Source: Raja brachyura
Lineage: Eukaryota
Assembly: GCA_963514005.1 (NCBI GenBank)
Contig: OY740787.1
Coordinates: 71,176,001 to 71,240,000, forward strand
Length of the DNA stretch: 64,000 bases
Direction: 5' to 3'
Shown here piece by piece: positions 1 through 13,570 of this stretch. A program made the translations under genes and the position numbers. Numbering within the stretch: the stretch's first letter is position 1; each line of letters starts with the position of its first letter. Under the pieces are notes generated by a model. It ran no database searches and was not told the DNA's origin. It worked only from the letters and a program-made list of their open reading frames with translations.

Positions 1-342
1 TGGGATTAGTATACTCTTATCGATATTATCATTTGTAATAGTTTTATTAACAATACATACCGTTGTTTTTCATTATATATATATATTTTTTTTCACTTTT
101 TTGTTAACCTTTTTCTTTTCTCTTTTCTCTTTTCCTTCTTATATATAATCAAATTATTATTTAATCACACTCTTAATGATTTATAACTGCTCTATTCTTT
201 CTCTATCTTTATTTCTAAAAAAATAGAAGATAAGTATTATTAATGTTTTAGTTGTATAAAAATTGAATTAAGTTGATGTTTGTAAAGTGGTTTAAAACAT
301 TGTAATTGATTAACTTTAATAAAAAAATATTTAAAAAAAAAA
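1..342 (+). mobile_element. Probable 3' UTR and poly(A) tail of an L1/Tx1-like LINE
   Basis: T-rich tract, then AATAAA and an A-run at 333-342; same organisation as 12060-12490. Confidence 0.4.
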
Positions 343-983
343 AGAATTCTAGATTAATTCCTTGGTAGAATAGTTAACAATTTATACGCAGTTTATACAG
401 CGCTGCGTTCGCTTTTTTTAAAATCTCAAATGACCTTTGACAAATCCCATGATTCCTTCCGTTTGTCGAGATACCGAACTCGCTTATTGAATGCTGCCCG
501 GATCCACACATGGACAATCCCAGGTAGAAACAATGCATGAGGGATCTGCAACTAGTTTGAGATTCTATGAAGCCAATCATTCTGTAATTGATATTGTAGG
601 ATAAAATGCAATAAACAAAATAAAATGCATTTGTAAAGTAACAGGAACAATTGCAAGTGAGATATAAACCATCAAGCTATCAGTATCTGTTAGTTAAAAT
701 GACATCATCATCAAAATCATCCAAAATTATACACACAAAACTCTCCTAAGGCATCTACACCCAATTTCAAGACCCAGAAATGGCTCGGACTTGACCCGAA
801 TAATCAAATGTTACATCAGGATGCACTTTATCAGACAATTTCAGTTATTTTAAAGTTTAACAAAATAAAACGACTGAGATGATATAAAAGAGATACACAA
901 GTCTTATAGATAATTGCAACAGCAGTGACCAAATATATGTCAGGAAATATGTAGAATTCAAAGCAATTGTTTATTGTAGTATT

Positions 984-1224
984 GGCCCACTTGGTGACTT
1001 TTTCGGCGACTGCCGGCATCATTAACTGACGTATCAGGTCACCAGTAAATTTGCGGCGTGATGCAGCAGTGACGCGGCAGTGACGCGGCGTGATGACGTA
1101 TGACGCACGGTGTTTTTTCAAGTGTCGCTACATTTTTTTTGTCGCCGCTGGATTTAAATGTTCAAAATCTTTTGGCGACACTGATATGTTGCCAAAAAAA
1201 ATCGCCAAGTGGGACAGGCCCTTT
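984..1224. mobile_element. MITE with terminal inverted repeats, PIF/Harbinger-like
   Basis: Left cccacttggtgacttttt and right aaaaaatcgccaagtgggacaggccc are inverted; TAA flank; same terminus gggcctgtcccactt at ~62242. Confidence 0.6.
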
Positions 1225-1559
1225 AATAGTTATATGGAAATCTTATAATAACTCTCTGTTTCACAAAAAGTTTATTCATTTGGTTTTAGATATAGCAAGT
1301 ATGATAGAACAATTTGGAAAGGAGAATCAAATGCTAATTCTGATGCATTCCAGTGTATTGCATGCGTGATAAATGATGATTGGTTAATAAAACAAAGCCA
1401 TCATAGTCGTAAGAGGAGGAATACATTTCTGTCTGCAATGAACTTTAATAAAATTGACAATATAATAATCAAAATCTCACCAGAGAGGTGGTTTAAATTT
1501 AGATGATTAATTAGATCTCACAGGGTATTTCATAGATGCGACGATGCTAGTAATAATAC

Positions 1560-3400
1560 ACAACAGGAGGTAACATTAAGGTTTCTGGATGTCTTGGAGT
1601 GGCTGCAGGACATTCTCAAGGGGAACGGTGTGCAATCAGAAGTTGTGCACATTGGCACAAATCAAATGGGGAGGAATAGGATAAGTTCCTGCAGAGTGAA
1701 TATAGGAAGATAGGCAAAAGGTTAACAAGTAGGACCTCAAGGGTAGTACTGCCATGTGCGAGTGATGGCAGAAATAGGGGGATAGAACAGATCAATGCGT
1801 GGCTGAGTTGATGCTGAGAGCAGGGATTCAGATTTTTGGATACTGGGACACAGATGATCTGTGCAAGAGGGACAAGTTCCATCTGAACTGGTGGGGACCA
1901 ATTTTTTGGGGGGGAAGGTTTAAACGGAAGTGTAGAGGTGTGGGAACTAGAGTAGAAAGTAAGCAAATGAAAGGACTGGTGGGAAGGTAGAGGTTTGAGA
2001 AGTTAGACTTAAAGGAAGGACAGGCATCGAGAGGTTAAGGAATATGGTGAAACTGATGGACTGATGTGCTTATTTCAATGCAAGGAGTATTGTGAGTAAA
2101 GCAGATGAACTTAGACCTTAGATCAGTGTTTGGAACTATGATGTTTTGGCCTTTATGGAGACATGGTTGCAAGAGGGATAGGACAGGCAGCTCCACATTT
2201 CCAGATATCGATGTTCCAATGTGATAGGGACGTAAAAGAGGTGAAGGAGTTGCTCTGCTAATCAGGGAGAAGTCACGCTGGCACTTAGAGGGGACATGCT
2301 AGAGGCTTTGTCCACTAAGGCAATATGGGTAGAGTTCAAAAATAAGAAAGGTGAAGTCACTCTGTACTATAGTACTATAGACCTCCATATAGCCAACAGG
2401 AGTTTATAGATAGATTATAGAAAAATGCAAAAGCAACAGGATTGTCCCGGAGGGAAACTTTAACTTCTCCAATGTTAACTGGGTCTCACTTGATCAAAAG
2501 GCTTAGAAGTGGCAGAATATGTTAGGTGTATCCAAAATGGGTTCCTGAAACAGGACGTGGAAAGTCCAATTCAAGAAGAGACCCTACTGGACCTTGTACT
2601 GGGGAAAGACCCAGGTTAATGATATTTCTGTGGAGGAGTATTCTGGAAACGGAGATCATAACTCCATAAGTTTTAAGATAGTTATAAATAAAGATAAGTC
2701 TGAATCTTTTAGGAGGATACAAAATTAGGGAATTACAGATTACAGCATAATTAGGCAGGAGTTGGAGTAAATTGGGAGCAGTTGTTATTGGGCAATTCCA
2801 CTTCTGACATGTGGGAGCCGTTTAGAGGCCAACTGATCGGACTTCAGGATAGCATGATCGAGTAAGGAGGAAGGATAAGGAACAAGGATAAGATGCAATG
2901 TACGGGACCCTTGTATAACCAAACCAACCACATTTGATCAATTAGAAAAAGGAACATGTGTACGGTTTAGAAAGGTGAAATTAAACATGGCACTTGTTGA
3001 ATATAAAATAAGCAGGAAAGAATTTAAATGGGCAATTAGAAGAGCCAAAAATCCCAAGGTTTTTATATGTACATTAAAAACATGTGGGAAACCAGGAAGA
3101 AAATAGGACCACTCAAGGATAAAGGAATTTATGCTTGGTGTCAGAAGATCTAGGCAAGGTACTAAGTACTCTGCATCTGTATTCGCCCAGGCGAAGGACA
3201 TGGAGTTAATTGATATTAGTGTGAAGAGTACTAATATGCAAGAGAAGTTTGAGATCAAAAGTAGGTGCTACCGATGCTCTTGAAGAGCATTGAAGGGAGA
3301 GATATTATCATCGGCTGGCAGATGGGATTAGTTTATCTTGGCATCATGTTCAGCATAAACATTGTGAGCCTGCACCTGTACTGTGCTTTTCAATGTTCTA
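1560..3400 (+). mobile_element. Degenerate CR1-type LINE (ORF1 esterase remnant, endonuclease, 3' tail)
   Basis: VHIGTN near 1645, YFNARSI-like near 2070, YYRPP near 2375, DHNSI near 2654; many stops and frameshifts. Confidence 0.75.
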
Positions 3401-4419
3401 TGCTCCATATTGACACAAATCTGTAGATTAGATTTATTTCACTTGTCAGAGTCCAAATGACCCTTGTTTGCAATATGCAGCAATGATTATGAAACAACAA
3501 TGGAAAAAGTGACAACACCTAATGAAAAGATTCTTCTAGGCAAGATTGTGAGAAGATGGTTAGAAGTGGCTAATGCCATAAAAAGTCAAAACAACAGTTA
3601 CCTCGAGGTTGATTTCTTAGGCAGATGCCTTCAGTAAATAATGCATTAACTCCTAATGAACCAAACATTGACTAACAATTATATTCAAGGCAGATCTTAA
3701 AAAGAAAGCTGTATGCTAAGGTAACTAGCAGACGTCATTTTCAAGATCAACTTAAGGATACCATTAACATTATCCTCTTTTCTCTACAGAAACTCTACCG
3801 TCTGATCAAATGTGGAATTTCCATGGAGTAAAAAAGTAATTCTTGAAGTGCTGGTAAACTTAAAGTTATTTCACATCAAAGTAGCCTTGTTATTGAAATT
3901 AACAACACAGAACTAACACAATTAATTGGATTAAAATGCAAGGATATAAAGAATAGACTGGGCTTTGAAGGGACAGGCTTTTGTCAATAGTAGTCAGGGG
4001 CAAAATTATTTTGTCTTAGGGCTGGGAGATGGTTTGAGGCAAACTTGAATAAATTGAAAGGAGTCAAGAGTTAAATTTAAGAGTCATGTTCCTGTGTTAA
4101 ACTGAAGAATGGTCTCAACGCGAAACATCATCTATACCTTCTCTCCACAGATGCTGCCTGTCCTCCTGAGTTACTCCAGAATTTTGTGTCTATTTCCTGT
4201 GTTAGAGCATTAGCATAGAAATGCTGCAGCAATTAAAGTCATTTTATTACATTTATTAAAATCCAACGTCATTTATTTTTCCTTCTAATATCTTATCTTA
4301 TGCCTACTTAACAGTAACGTTACTTGGTTTCAATAAACTTTTGAAAAGAGTTTTCAGTTGCATTGCTTTGTGATACTTCGATAGGTTAAGGATTTAGGCT
4401 CCGTCTGAACTAGAGAAAA

Positions 4420-5868
4420 GACACAAAGTGCTGGAGTTAATCAGTGGGTCAGGCAGCACCTTTGGAGATGAACATAGATAGGTGTTGTTTCGGGTCGTGA
4501 GCCTTCTTCAGACTGAGATCAATGGTCTCCCAAGTGGGAATATGAGGGGCTCGTCTTCCAGTTTGCACGTAGGTAGTGGAAGAGGCCAAGGAAAGACAGG
4601 TCGATATGGGAATGAGAAGGAGAAAAATGGCTAACATCAAGGAAATCCAGCAGGCCCTCGTAGACAGAGCGCAAACATTTGGCAAAGCAGTCAACTAATT
4701 TACACTTAGTCTCACTGATGCTGAGGAAGTCACAATCGAGAGCAGCAAATGCAAAAATGAAGTCGGAGGAGGATGCACAGTCTCACCTGGAAGGTCTGTT
4801 GAAATCTCGGAATGGGAATTGAGGGAGGTGTAGGGACAGGTGCTGCACCACCTGCAGTTGCTGGGGTAAGTGCTAGGGGAGCAGGATGGGTGGGGGAAGG
4901 ATGACTGAGCAATAGAGTCATGAAGAAAGTGTTCTTTATGGAAAGCAGAAAGGGGTGTAAACAGGAAGATGTGACTGGTTATGGCATTCCGCTGAAACTG
5001 GCAGAATTGTCAGAGAATGCTGTATTGGATTCTGGTGGGGTTCAAAGTTAAAGGAACTCTATCTCTGTTCTGTCCAAGGAAGTGTTGCTAGAGCAGAACT
5101 GTGGAAAATGGAGGCGACATGGTAATGCTGCATTTACAACTACAGACTAAACCACGTTTTCATGAACACCAAATTCTCCAATTTTCTGTAACCTCTGCCC
5201 ATTCTCACTGACCCATTTTCTCTCCACCTCCACCCCCATTCAAACACCCCCCACCGCCCCTCTTTCGTCACCCAGTTCCTTTCTCCTCCATCATTTACTC
5301 ATCTACCATCCCTCTGTACACTGGGCCTCCCACATTTACTCCCAACTCCCATTCCCTTATACCTACTATCCTTTCCTCCATTTTACATAGCACGCCTCAT
5401 TTTCCTTTCTGTTCAGATTGCACAATTTGCACTCTTTCAGTTTGGTTACTCTACACTTTTTATCTCCACCTGATTCATCTGCCAATCAAACTCTTCTCAG
5501 TTAGATCAACCGATCACTTGTCGGCTCCGGCCCCACCCCTTCCCATCACCTCTTTCCACCAGCTATCTCCCATCAATTCCATCAGTCTGAAGAAGGGGCA
5601 TGACCCAAAATGTTGTCGATCCATTTCCCTTCACAGATACTGCTTGACCCACTGAGTTCCTTGATCAGTTTTTTTTTTGCTCAAGATTCCAGCATCTGTA
5701 ATCTCTTGGGACAAGTTGACCAGGGAGTTGCGGAGGGAATGGTCCCTTCAAAGCCCAGTCTATTCTATAATGGAAGAGGGAAACCCCCTTTTTCTAAAGA
5801 ATGAGGACATCGCTGATGATCTAGTATGGAAAACCTCATTCTGGGCACAGATGCAGTGTAGACAGTGA
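4420..5868. mobile_element. Old Penelope-like element fragments in inverted arrangement
   Basis: 4420-5160 resembles 42850-43920 (minus); ~5230-5700 resembles the + arm at 44700-45065; 5700-5868 is a further RT fragment. Confidence 0.65.
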
Positions 5869-7124
5869 AATAAGTGAGTTCGGTATTCGGACTGTGCATG
5901 CCCAGGTCATTGGTCACTCGCGATAAACATTCTCGGCAGCTGTACTGTTGCGTGTTTGCAGGCCTGCGTTTTGTCCGTGGTCGGGGTCGGGCCCGGGCCT
6001 CTGCCGCTGCGGGTGCTGTAGAGTTGCTGCTGCACCATCCTATCCCCACCCGGGTCTCCCGTCCCTGTCCAGGGGCAGCCGGAAGTGGCTGTGGGCTGGC
6101 AGGCTGCCGGCCCGGGGCGGCGGCGACCCCGGGCTTGCAGCCGGTGTGGGGGTGGGGGAGGGGAAGCGCTGGCTCCATCTCGGCTCTGCCTGTCCGGCCG
6201 GGTTAGCCGGCAGCCCTGGACTGGCTGGGCATCAGCCTGGAGCGCTGGCAGCTCTGGGCTTGCAGCCGGCGCGGAAGGAGACCATCGGCTGTTACTCTCG
6301 TATTGTCCAGTGGCTGTCGGTTGGCCCCCTCGGTGCCGGCGGGGAGTGAGTGCCGGTCATCAGCGGGGATGCACACGGGGTGCTGTGGTGGCTCGGCGGG
6401 TCAGGCAACATCTCTGGAGAAGGGTCTCGACCCGAAACGTCCTTTTGGCCGGGGATGCTGCCCGACCCGCTGAGTTGCTGCAGCGTATTGTGTGTGTCCC
6501 CGTTGATGGCTGGTGCTCGGCTTTCACCTGCTCCGGGGGGTTGGCCGTCGGCCGCTGGGTGGGGCGGGGGGTGTGGCTGGCGCCCCCTGGCCCATCGGGG
6601 AGCGTGTTCCTCGGGAGTTGGAACGGGGTTGGGCTGGAGTTGGCACTTCTTCTCTGCGCTGGCTGTGGGCCTGGGTCCACCGCTGCTCCGGGCCAGTGTC
6701 CCGTCGGTACGGGGCTGTCAGTTGGCCCGGCAGGGCAGGCGGAGTTGAGCTGGGGTCAGCGATTCTTCTCTGCGCTGGCTGTGAGCCTGGGGTCGCCGCT
6801 GCTCCGGGCCGGTGTCTCGTCGGTCCGGGGTCGCCCCGGACCACTCCCGTCCCGGGAATGGTCCAGTGGCGTTTCGCCAGCGCTTGCTGTGCCGGGTACC
6901 CGGGTTCGATCCTGGCTGCGGCTGAGGTGCGGGTCTGTGCGTGCAGCAGCACAGCTGCCGAGAATGTCTCTCCGGCGGTCCAGTCTCTCCCACTCGCATC
7001 TGCCCCCTCTCTCTCGCTCTCCCGTTATTTGGCACCCAAGGTCCTTAGATTAAATGCAGCCAGCGCTTTGACCTTTGACAAATCCCATGATTCCTAGCCT
7101 TTCAGAATACCAAACTCGCTCATT
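5869..7124. mobile_element. GC-rich non-autonomous element with ~20-bp terminal inverted repeats
   Basis: aataagtgagttcggtattc (5869) versus gaataccaaactcgctcatt (7105-7124), 17/20 complementary; second inner inverted pair near 5928 and 6945-6967; internal ~115-bp tandem duplication. Confidence 0.55.
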
Positions 7125-7469
7125 GAGAGTAGGGTATAGAGTCTTTGTAAAACTTGTAGAATAAAAGTACTGTTTGTTAGGAATTACCTGGCATTAATTG
7201 CAATGTAGTCATAAAATCAGTCATAAAGCACAGAAACCTCAGGCCAATCCGGCCATGCCTACCTAGTTTATGATCATTTTGGAGATTAATTTGTGGAGCT
7301 ACAATCATCTTCCAGTTTGAGAATGGGAAAAAAAAAAATCAGCATTTCAACTCTTAATTACTAACCTGTGACCTCTGTTGGTCTATGTCATTGCAGTTTA
7401 GTTTATTGCCACATGTACCGAGGTACAGTGAGTTTGTTGCTTACCTACCAATCAGCAGAAAGACTATAC

Positions 7470-7612
7470 CTTGTGGCTAAAGGGATCAGGGGATATGGAG
7501 AGAAGGCAGGTACAGGATACCGAGTTGAATGATCAGCCATGATCATATTGAATGGCAGTGCAGGCTCGAAGGGCCGAATGGCCTACTCCTGCACCTATTT
7601 TCTATGTTTCTA
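7470..7612 (+). mobile_element. CR1 LINE 3' end
   Basis: gatcagccatgatcatattgaatggc...gaagggccgaatggcctactcctgcacctat, shared with 37020-37095 and 58560-58635. Confidence 0.75.
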
Positions 7613-7999
7613 TACATGATTACAATTGAGCCGTCCACATTGTATAGATACATGTTAAAGGATTAGTGTAAGTGCAAGATAAAGTCCAGTAAAGTCTGAA
7701 TAAAGATAGCCCGAGGGTCTCCAATGAGGTAGAAAGTACTGAAGACCGCCCTCTAGTTGTTGATAGGATGGTTCAGTTGCCTGGTAACAGCTGGGAGGAA
7801 ACTGTCCCTGGATTTGTATAGATAATGTGTCAGCACAGGTGAAGCTCAGTTGTGTTAGCTAAAATGGTCTGGCACATACATATCAATTTAGGTTAAGTGT
7901 AAACATCCCTTTGGAAACCAATTTCAGCAAAAGTCACCACTTTGTGGTTAAGAAGGGAAAAACTAAGATGTAAAGCTGAAGTTTGTATTTCGAACTTAC

Positions 8000-8125
8000 C
8001 TGTTCCGGTAACACGGCACAGAAATTGAGCAGATTTTCCTTCAGTGGTAGTAGTGTTTTGAATTTGACTTATAATAGTAGGTGGATCAGCAGGTACCTCT
8101 GCCTCAGGTGAAACAACCTCTGGAA
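8000..8125 (-). CDS. ttn: ttn exon hEx43, last exon found in the window
   Basis: VPEVVSPEAEVPADPPTIISQIQNTTTTEGKSAQFLCRVTGT|gtaag; 126 nt. Confidence 0.92.
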
Positions 8126-8524
8126 CTGAAAATAATGAAATAAATTAATTGACTGCTTTTAAATATTATTCTGGTTATTCCTAAATGACATACGAGTGAA
8201 TGTAATCTAGGGCAATGTGGAAGACTTTCCAAAGAGCAGTGAAATTTATTGCGATGATAAAATCATGCAAAACATAAAGCTACTATTTGTAGAAAATAGG
8301 CAAGTTACATTTAGTTATCTGCAAAAATAGATAATGGCAGAAACCAAATAAATCAAAACTTTATGCAACCTATTTTCTCTTGTTTTTACTTGAAAGCATA
8401 CTGACAAGTTTACTATTCAACTGAATGCCAAAGACAAATTTCACCTCCTCGGGACAGGCAATTATAAGAAATTCCCACATATCATAGTACTAACGTGAAA
8501 ATACACCAATTATTTCAATTATAC

Positions 8525-8809
8525 CTTCAATATCAAGTGAAGCACCACTAACAGCGACCCCAGCTTCATTTTTTGCTTCACAAGTGTAGGTGCCAGCATC
8601 TTCAGGGAATGTTTCAATCAGTAGCAAAGTATACTGGTTCTCATCATGAAGAATCTTGCGTTTAAATCCAGAGGAAAGCTTTTGACCATCTTTGTACCAA
8701 GATACTTCTAATTTTGGTGTACCAACTATTACTCCACAAAATCGTGCCGGTTCTCCTGCTTTCACAGCAACAGGTTCCAGTTCCATATTGAAAGATGGTG
8801 GATCAGGAG
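8525..8809 (-). CDS. ttn: ttn exon hEx42, I-band Ig
   Basis: [24 protein letters not shown]...[14 protein letters not shown]; 285 nt. Confidence 0.95.
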
Positions 8810-10269
8810 CTACAAACAAGAAGGTTCAAGATTTCAGCATCTTATTTCCACAAATTGATAAAAGTTTGGTCTATCTTCACTTCCTGAAGTATTTGCCTGA
8901 ATTAATTGGAATATGTTAAAATCAGCAGAAATATATTAAAAATATCAATTTGCAGAACTAAATAATTGGGTATTTAATTGGGTATTTAAACAAAAACACA
9001 ATATGACGCCTTTATTTATGGAGAGTTAATACTCAATATTCAGCTTCAATTAACCACCTTCATTTTTGTTGCATTTCTTAAACAGTTATTCGAAACCAAT
9101 TGAGATTTACTTGAATAAAATTTTGTCTTGGTAGTAGTGGGCCAAAATTCAATTATGGCAGGTGCACAAAACAGGTTCAGCAAGGGACAGTTTAATATAC
9201 CATCCGCACTCTTTTCCATTTTATTGATGTCAATGGAAAGGACCATTAAGTAAATATTCATAGAATTTGTGGATTGCATTTCACCACCCCTCCCTCTGCT
9301 AAAGATGAATAATGGAAATGAAAATGTTTTAAACCCCTTCCTCAGCTTTTACAAACATATTAATAAGTCACCAAAGCCCCATGCTTTCCCTTCGTTGAGC
9401 ATCAATTCTGATTGTCCCACAGCAACATTCTTGGCATTTAGACCTAATCTCATGAACCTCTTTCCTGTCCCACACATCTCGTGACAATTGTCCATTGAGT
9501 CTGTCAGAAGATAACAATGAATGCCACTCTGTAAATGTTCCTCAAGATTAACAGCTCACTCAAAGCAAACTTGTTGTAACCAACTGAATAATTCATCATA
9601 TATCCTGCCTTCGACAAAGACTTCATGTAACAGCTAGCAACATCTTGCCTTTCACTTAAATCTGTTTGCATGACAGTAATTTTAACATCTTCATTTCACC
9701 ATTGTTGAGATGAAACTGTACACATATAACTATATTTTGGATTGATATATACACAAACACAACAGTTCCCATAATGCCTCTGAGCACACACTTTGTTGCA
9801 ATCTACTGTCCTCTCTTTAATACCAAAGCAAACTTCTGGTTTATTACCAAAATATCCTAGTTTGTTTCCATCCTTTATAACTACACTGACTGATTCCTCG
9901 CCCACTATCTACTTCAATTGAACCTCTTCTTTTTCCCTATATTCTACTTCTCTACTATCAACCTTTCCCTCCACATAAATTTACTAATCAATAGACAGTG
10001 CAATTTCCAAAACATATTATGGCTTCTACATCCATGTGTGCATCAACATCTCACAAACCCTATTCCTTTCCTTCTGACCCTGGTAAAAATAATATCAAGA
10101 TATAGTTGCAATTAAAGGCTTTAAAACATTTAGCCACTGTTCTTTATCTGTTGAGGTTTCTTCCATTTATAATTTTCTGTCGTTATTTTTTCTCTCATCC
10201 ATCATAATTATTTTCAAGTTTAGGATCCTATCTCATTATACACATATTATCTCCTTATTATGTACTCCG

Positions 10270-10362
10270 TCTGACAAAGGGTCTCGATCCCGAAACATCA
10301 CCCTTTCCTTCTCTCCAGAGATGTTGCCTGTCCCGCTGAGTTACTCCAGCATTTTGTGTCTG
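10270..10362 (+). mobile_element. Penelope-derived short repeat with hammerhead-like core (representative copy; others near 4100, 5583, 14830, 18354, 34458, 54600)
   Basis: gggtctcgatcccgaaac...ccttctctccagagatg...cccgctgagttactccagcattttgtgtct, homologous to the terminal repeat of the Penelope element at 42812-45065. Confidence 0.7.
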
Positions 10363-10846
10363 TCTCCTTATTATTACCAGCTTCAGCCTCTGTTCCTACA
10401 TCAGTCCATTTACTGCTGAAACCCTCTTCAAAATCTTCAAAATTTAACTATTCCGATGCACTCTTGTCTGCTTCCTATTTTCCGCTTTGTAAACTGTTAA
10501 ATTCTGATGAAACCCTGCTTATCTTTCTTCATAACTCCTGGACCGCACTACATTGATTGGCTCACTTATAAAGCCACAATTCAATATTCCCACTGTTTCA
10601 TTTATTTAATTCATAAAAATATCATAACCGCTTCCAATCTGTCCCATCAACCTCAAAACCACAGATATTCTTCAGCTTCGGTCTCCTGAACACCTTCCAC
10701 TCATAAAGTATATCGCCTAAAGTTCTACTATTTTCTTCCTGAAGTTCTAAGCATCTCCACTCTCTAGTGCTGCTTTTAGAGTCTCTTTATAAATTACTTG
10801 AATGAAAAAACATTTGTAGAGTTGAAAGGGTTATTCTTGTACATAC

Positions 10847-11078
10847 CATTAATATGAAGTGTTACAGTACTTCGATTCTTTCCTGCAACAAAGACGTATT
10901 CTCCAGAATCGGAAACTCTTGTTTCAGTAATAGTCATTCGATGCACACGTCTTTGAATTATATATCTGTATCGTTCTTCAACTTGGAAATTGATTTCAAT
11001 TCCATCTTTGAGCCATTGAGCCTCAACCTCATCTTCATTGACTTCAAATTCAATTACAGCTCGCTTTTTCTCAATTAT
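10847..11078 (-). CDS. ttn: ttn exon hEx41, I-band Ig
   Basis: IIEKKRAVIEFEVNEDEVEAQWLKDGIEINFQVEER...; 232 nt. Confidence 0.94.
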
Positions 11079-11230
11079 CTAAATATGAAGAATCATTTTG
11101 TTAAAATTCTGCATTAAAGTATCCAATAACTGCATGCCTATCACATATATTATCAGTTTTCTACTTCTTATAGTGTTTGATAACTGTAAAGGTTAGGGAT
11201 TCTAAGTAAAAATGAAGAAACACATTATAC

Positions 11231-11399
11231 CTGAATATCCGTGGAAATGGGTTTTGAAATCAAAATGTGTCGTGCTTCCATATACAAATTAGCAGTAGAA
11301 ATACTTCCACCTGCAACAGCTGTGTACTGGCCAGCATCAGACATTTTTGTAACAGGAATGGTGAGACGATGGACAAATTTTTCATTGTGAATCTTAATT
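11231..11399 (-). CDS. ttn: ttn exon hEx40
   Basis: IKIHNEKFVHRLTIPVTKMSDAGQYTAVAGG...STDIQ|gt. Confidence 0.92.
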
Positions 11400-12059
11400 C
11401 TGTAAAAAAATGCAATAAAAGTGAAATTGTAAGTTCAGCATTTTAAATTTAGCTTTAGACAAGGCCAAGATGACTAAAAGTATAGGAAATGGTGGTGAGG
11501 CCAATGAATGATGCAGAAGAAGCATGATTTACAGGAATACCTGAAGTTTTGGGGTGGTGCAGCAGGTTAAAGGAGATGAATTAAGCAAGAGTGGGAATTT
11601 AAGTACATTGTATATAAGTACATTGCAACAAAATATTGGAAGGCAGTAATGTACATCTGTTGCTTCAAGTAAATACAGGTGGTATGGACATTGAATTTAC
11701 AGAGCAGGAGTTCAGAGAAATAGATCTTTCCTGGAGGATTGTGGTAACTGATGATAATGAGCCTCTTCATGGTGCCATTGCCTAGGTAACCAATGCCTTA
11801 ACTGAACAAGGGATGCTTTAGCATAATATCGCCAAACCCTATGCAAAGGGTCGTTTATGCAATATGTAAAGGTTATGGTGTAGGGAAGGCAACATCAGAA
11901 GCAACGTTCCATGTGGCTTCTTGCTCTGGATTGCCTTAGACATAACCGTAATTTGGTGATGCTGAACTTTATTTCTAAATGTATATAAAAGTGCTAATTT
12001 ATATGTGGATTTCAACTACGTTTGAAACACTACATCTGGAAGATATGAGACTCCACCTG

Positions 12060-12490
12060 GCAGGAAAATCAGATTGTTTCTATAAGACGTGGTTTGCATT
12101 TATAGATCTACTACAAGGATAGGGTGCAAGAGTACCTCAAAAAGGTACCGGCGTCGGGTCTTGGTAAAAGGGGATGAAAAACTGTCGAGTTGGTAGATTC
12201 CTTTTGCGTGATGTTTATAATACAGTAACTGGCTTTTCCTTTTTTCTTCTCTCTCTTTTTTTTTTCTAGGGTCTATCTCTCCATCTCCTTTCTTTAACTC
12301 TACAACCAAGGGCTCTTTTTTCTTTTCCTTTGGCACGCTTTTTCACTTTCACAACTCTTTTTCACTTTCTCTACTTTCTCTGTTTCTATTCTTTTTCTCT
12401 AAAAGCCTTAAAAAATTAAGGGGTACAATGATTGTAATAATATATATGGGATGTACACTGATGTAACTCACTGTACCTCTAATAAATAAT
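12060..12490 (+). mobile_element. L1/Tx1-like LINE 3' end
   Basis: ORF-end-like FYKTWFAFIDLLQG*, pyrimidine-rich UTR and AATAAA at 12481. Confidence 0.45.
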
Positions 12491-12905
12491 TTTTTTTTTA
12501 ATTTTTTTTTTTTTAAATTGCTAAATTTTACACAATTGTCAAGAGAATGAGCAATCTGTTACCAGTAAGGTGAACAGGCCTCTCTCTTCCACCCTATTCG
12601 CCCAGTAGATGAAAGATCAATTGAATAAATAATTTTGTCTGAACACAGAATTAAGTTATGTCAATATTTCTCTTGCTCCACAACATTTACATTAGGGATG
12701 GGATGGGTGGGAGGAGTGAGTGGGGGTATTGCTGGTGGGCCAGTGTAGATTTGTATAGCAGTGATGTTTTGAGAGGATAAGCAGCATAGTTTTACCAAAG
12801 TTTTGATTTTAAAGTTTAAAGAAGGCATAAAGTGGGAAGTCAACAGGCAAGCATCGGAATAGTCACGTTGAGGATACGAGGTTAACTGATGCACAGATTA
12901 GATAC

Positions 12906-13047
12906 CTGTCAGAAGGCTGTATTTCTTCACCATTCTTCATCCATTGTAATGTAATGTTAGGTTCTGAAACTTCACACTCAAAGGTGGCTTTCTTCTTTTC
13001 AGTGATTTTGATGTCTTTGATATGTTTCCTAAATTCAATTTGCCGAG
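12906..13047 (-). CDS. ttn: ttn exon hEx39, I-band Ig N-half
   Basis: RQIEFRKHIKDIKITEKKKATFECEVSEP; absent from the ORF track. Confidence 0.93.
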
Positions 13048-13155
13048 CTACAAAATAAAAAAATGCTGATTAAATACAGTGAATAGTAGGTTAAACAATG
13101 TTAATGTGATGCATATTACCAAACCAAATCATAAATGAATAATACAAGTTATTAC

Positions 13156-13416
13156 CAGTCACATATAAAGTTGCTGCAGATGATGCTGATCCAGCAACAA
13201 AACTGTACTCAGCTGCATCACCAAAGTGAACATTCCGAATTGAAAGTGTGTGATTTGATTGCTTTGTCCTTAGTAGTGTCCTCTCAGTTGATTTAATCTC
13301 TTTACCATTCTTGAGCCACTTGTAAGTTATACCTTCAAAATTCACTGTTACTTCAAAGGTAATTGTATCTTTCTCTTGGGCATTCATGTCCTTTAACATA
13401 GATGTAATTAAAATGG
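13156..13416 (-). CDS. ttn: ttn exon hEx38, I-band Ig
   Basis: ILITSMLKDMNAQEKDTITFEVTVN...; 261 nt. Confidence 0.95.
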
Positions 13417-13570
13417 CTAAAAAAAAAAGAAAACCATGTATTAGCTACAATGTCACTTGACATACATCATTAATGACTTTGATAGAACAAACCCAAATGA
13501 TTACATCTGCAATAATGAAAAATGAAGTTTAAACATGGATACACAGTATATATCAATGAGAAAGTCTTAC

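Noticed and set aside
374-580. 68-aa minus-strand ORF as a possible further titin exon
   Set aside because: No Ig motifs; overlaps the solo end of the TIR element seen at 7069-7125.
5765-7097. Many overlapping 100-320 aa ORFs on both strands
   Set aside because: Expected from high GC content; no recognisable domain or splice context.
1-7999. Next titin exon (hEx44-equivalent)
   Set aside because: No matching Ig sequence seen by eye; probably beyond the window edge, though a divergent exon could be missed.
9300-10100. Possible ancient CR1 remnant on the minus strand
   Set aside because: Too degenerate to support by eye; needs RepeatMasker or Dfam.
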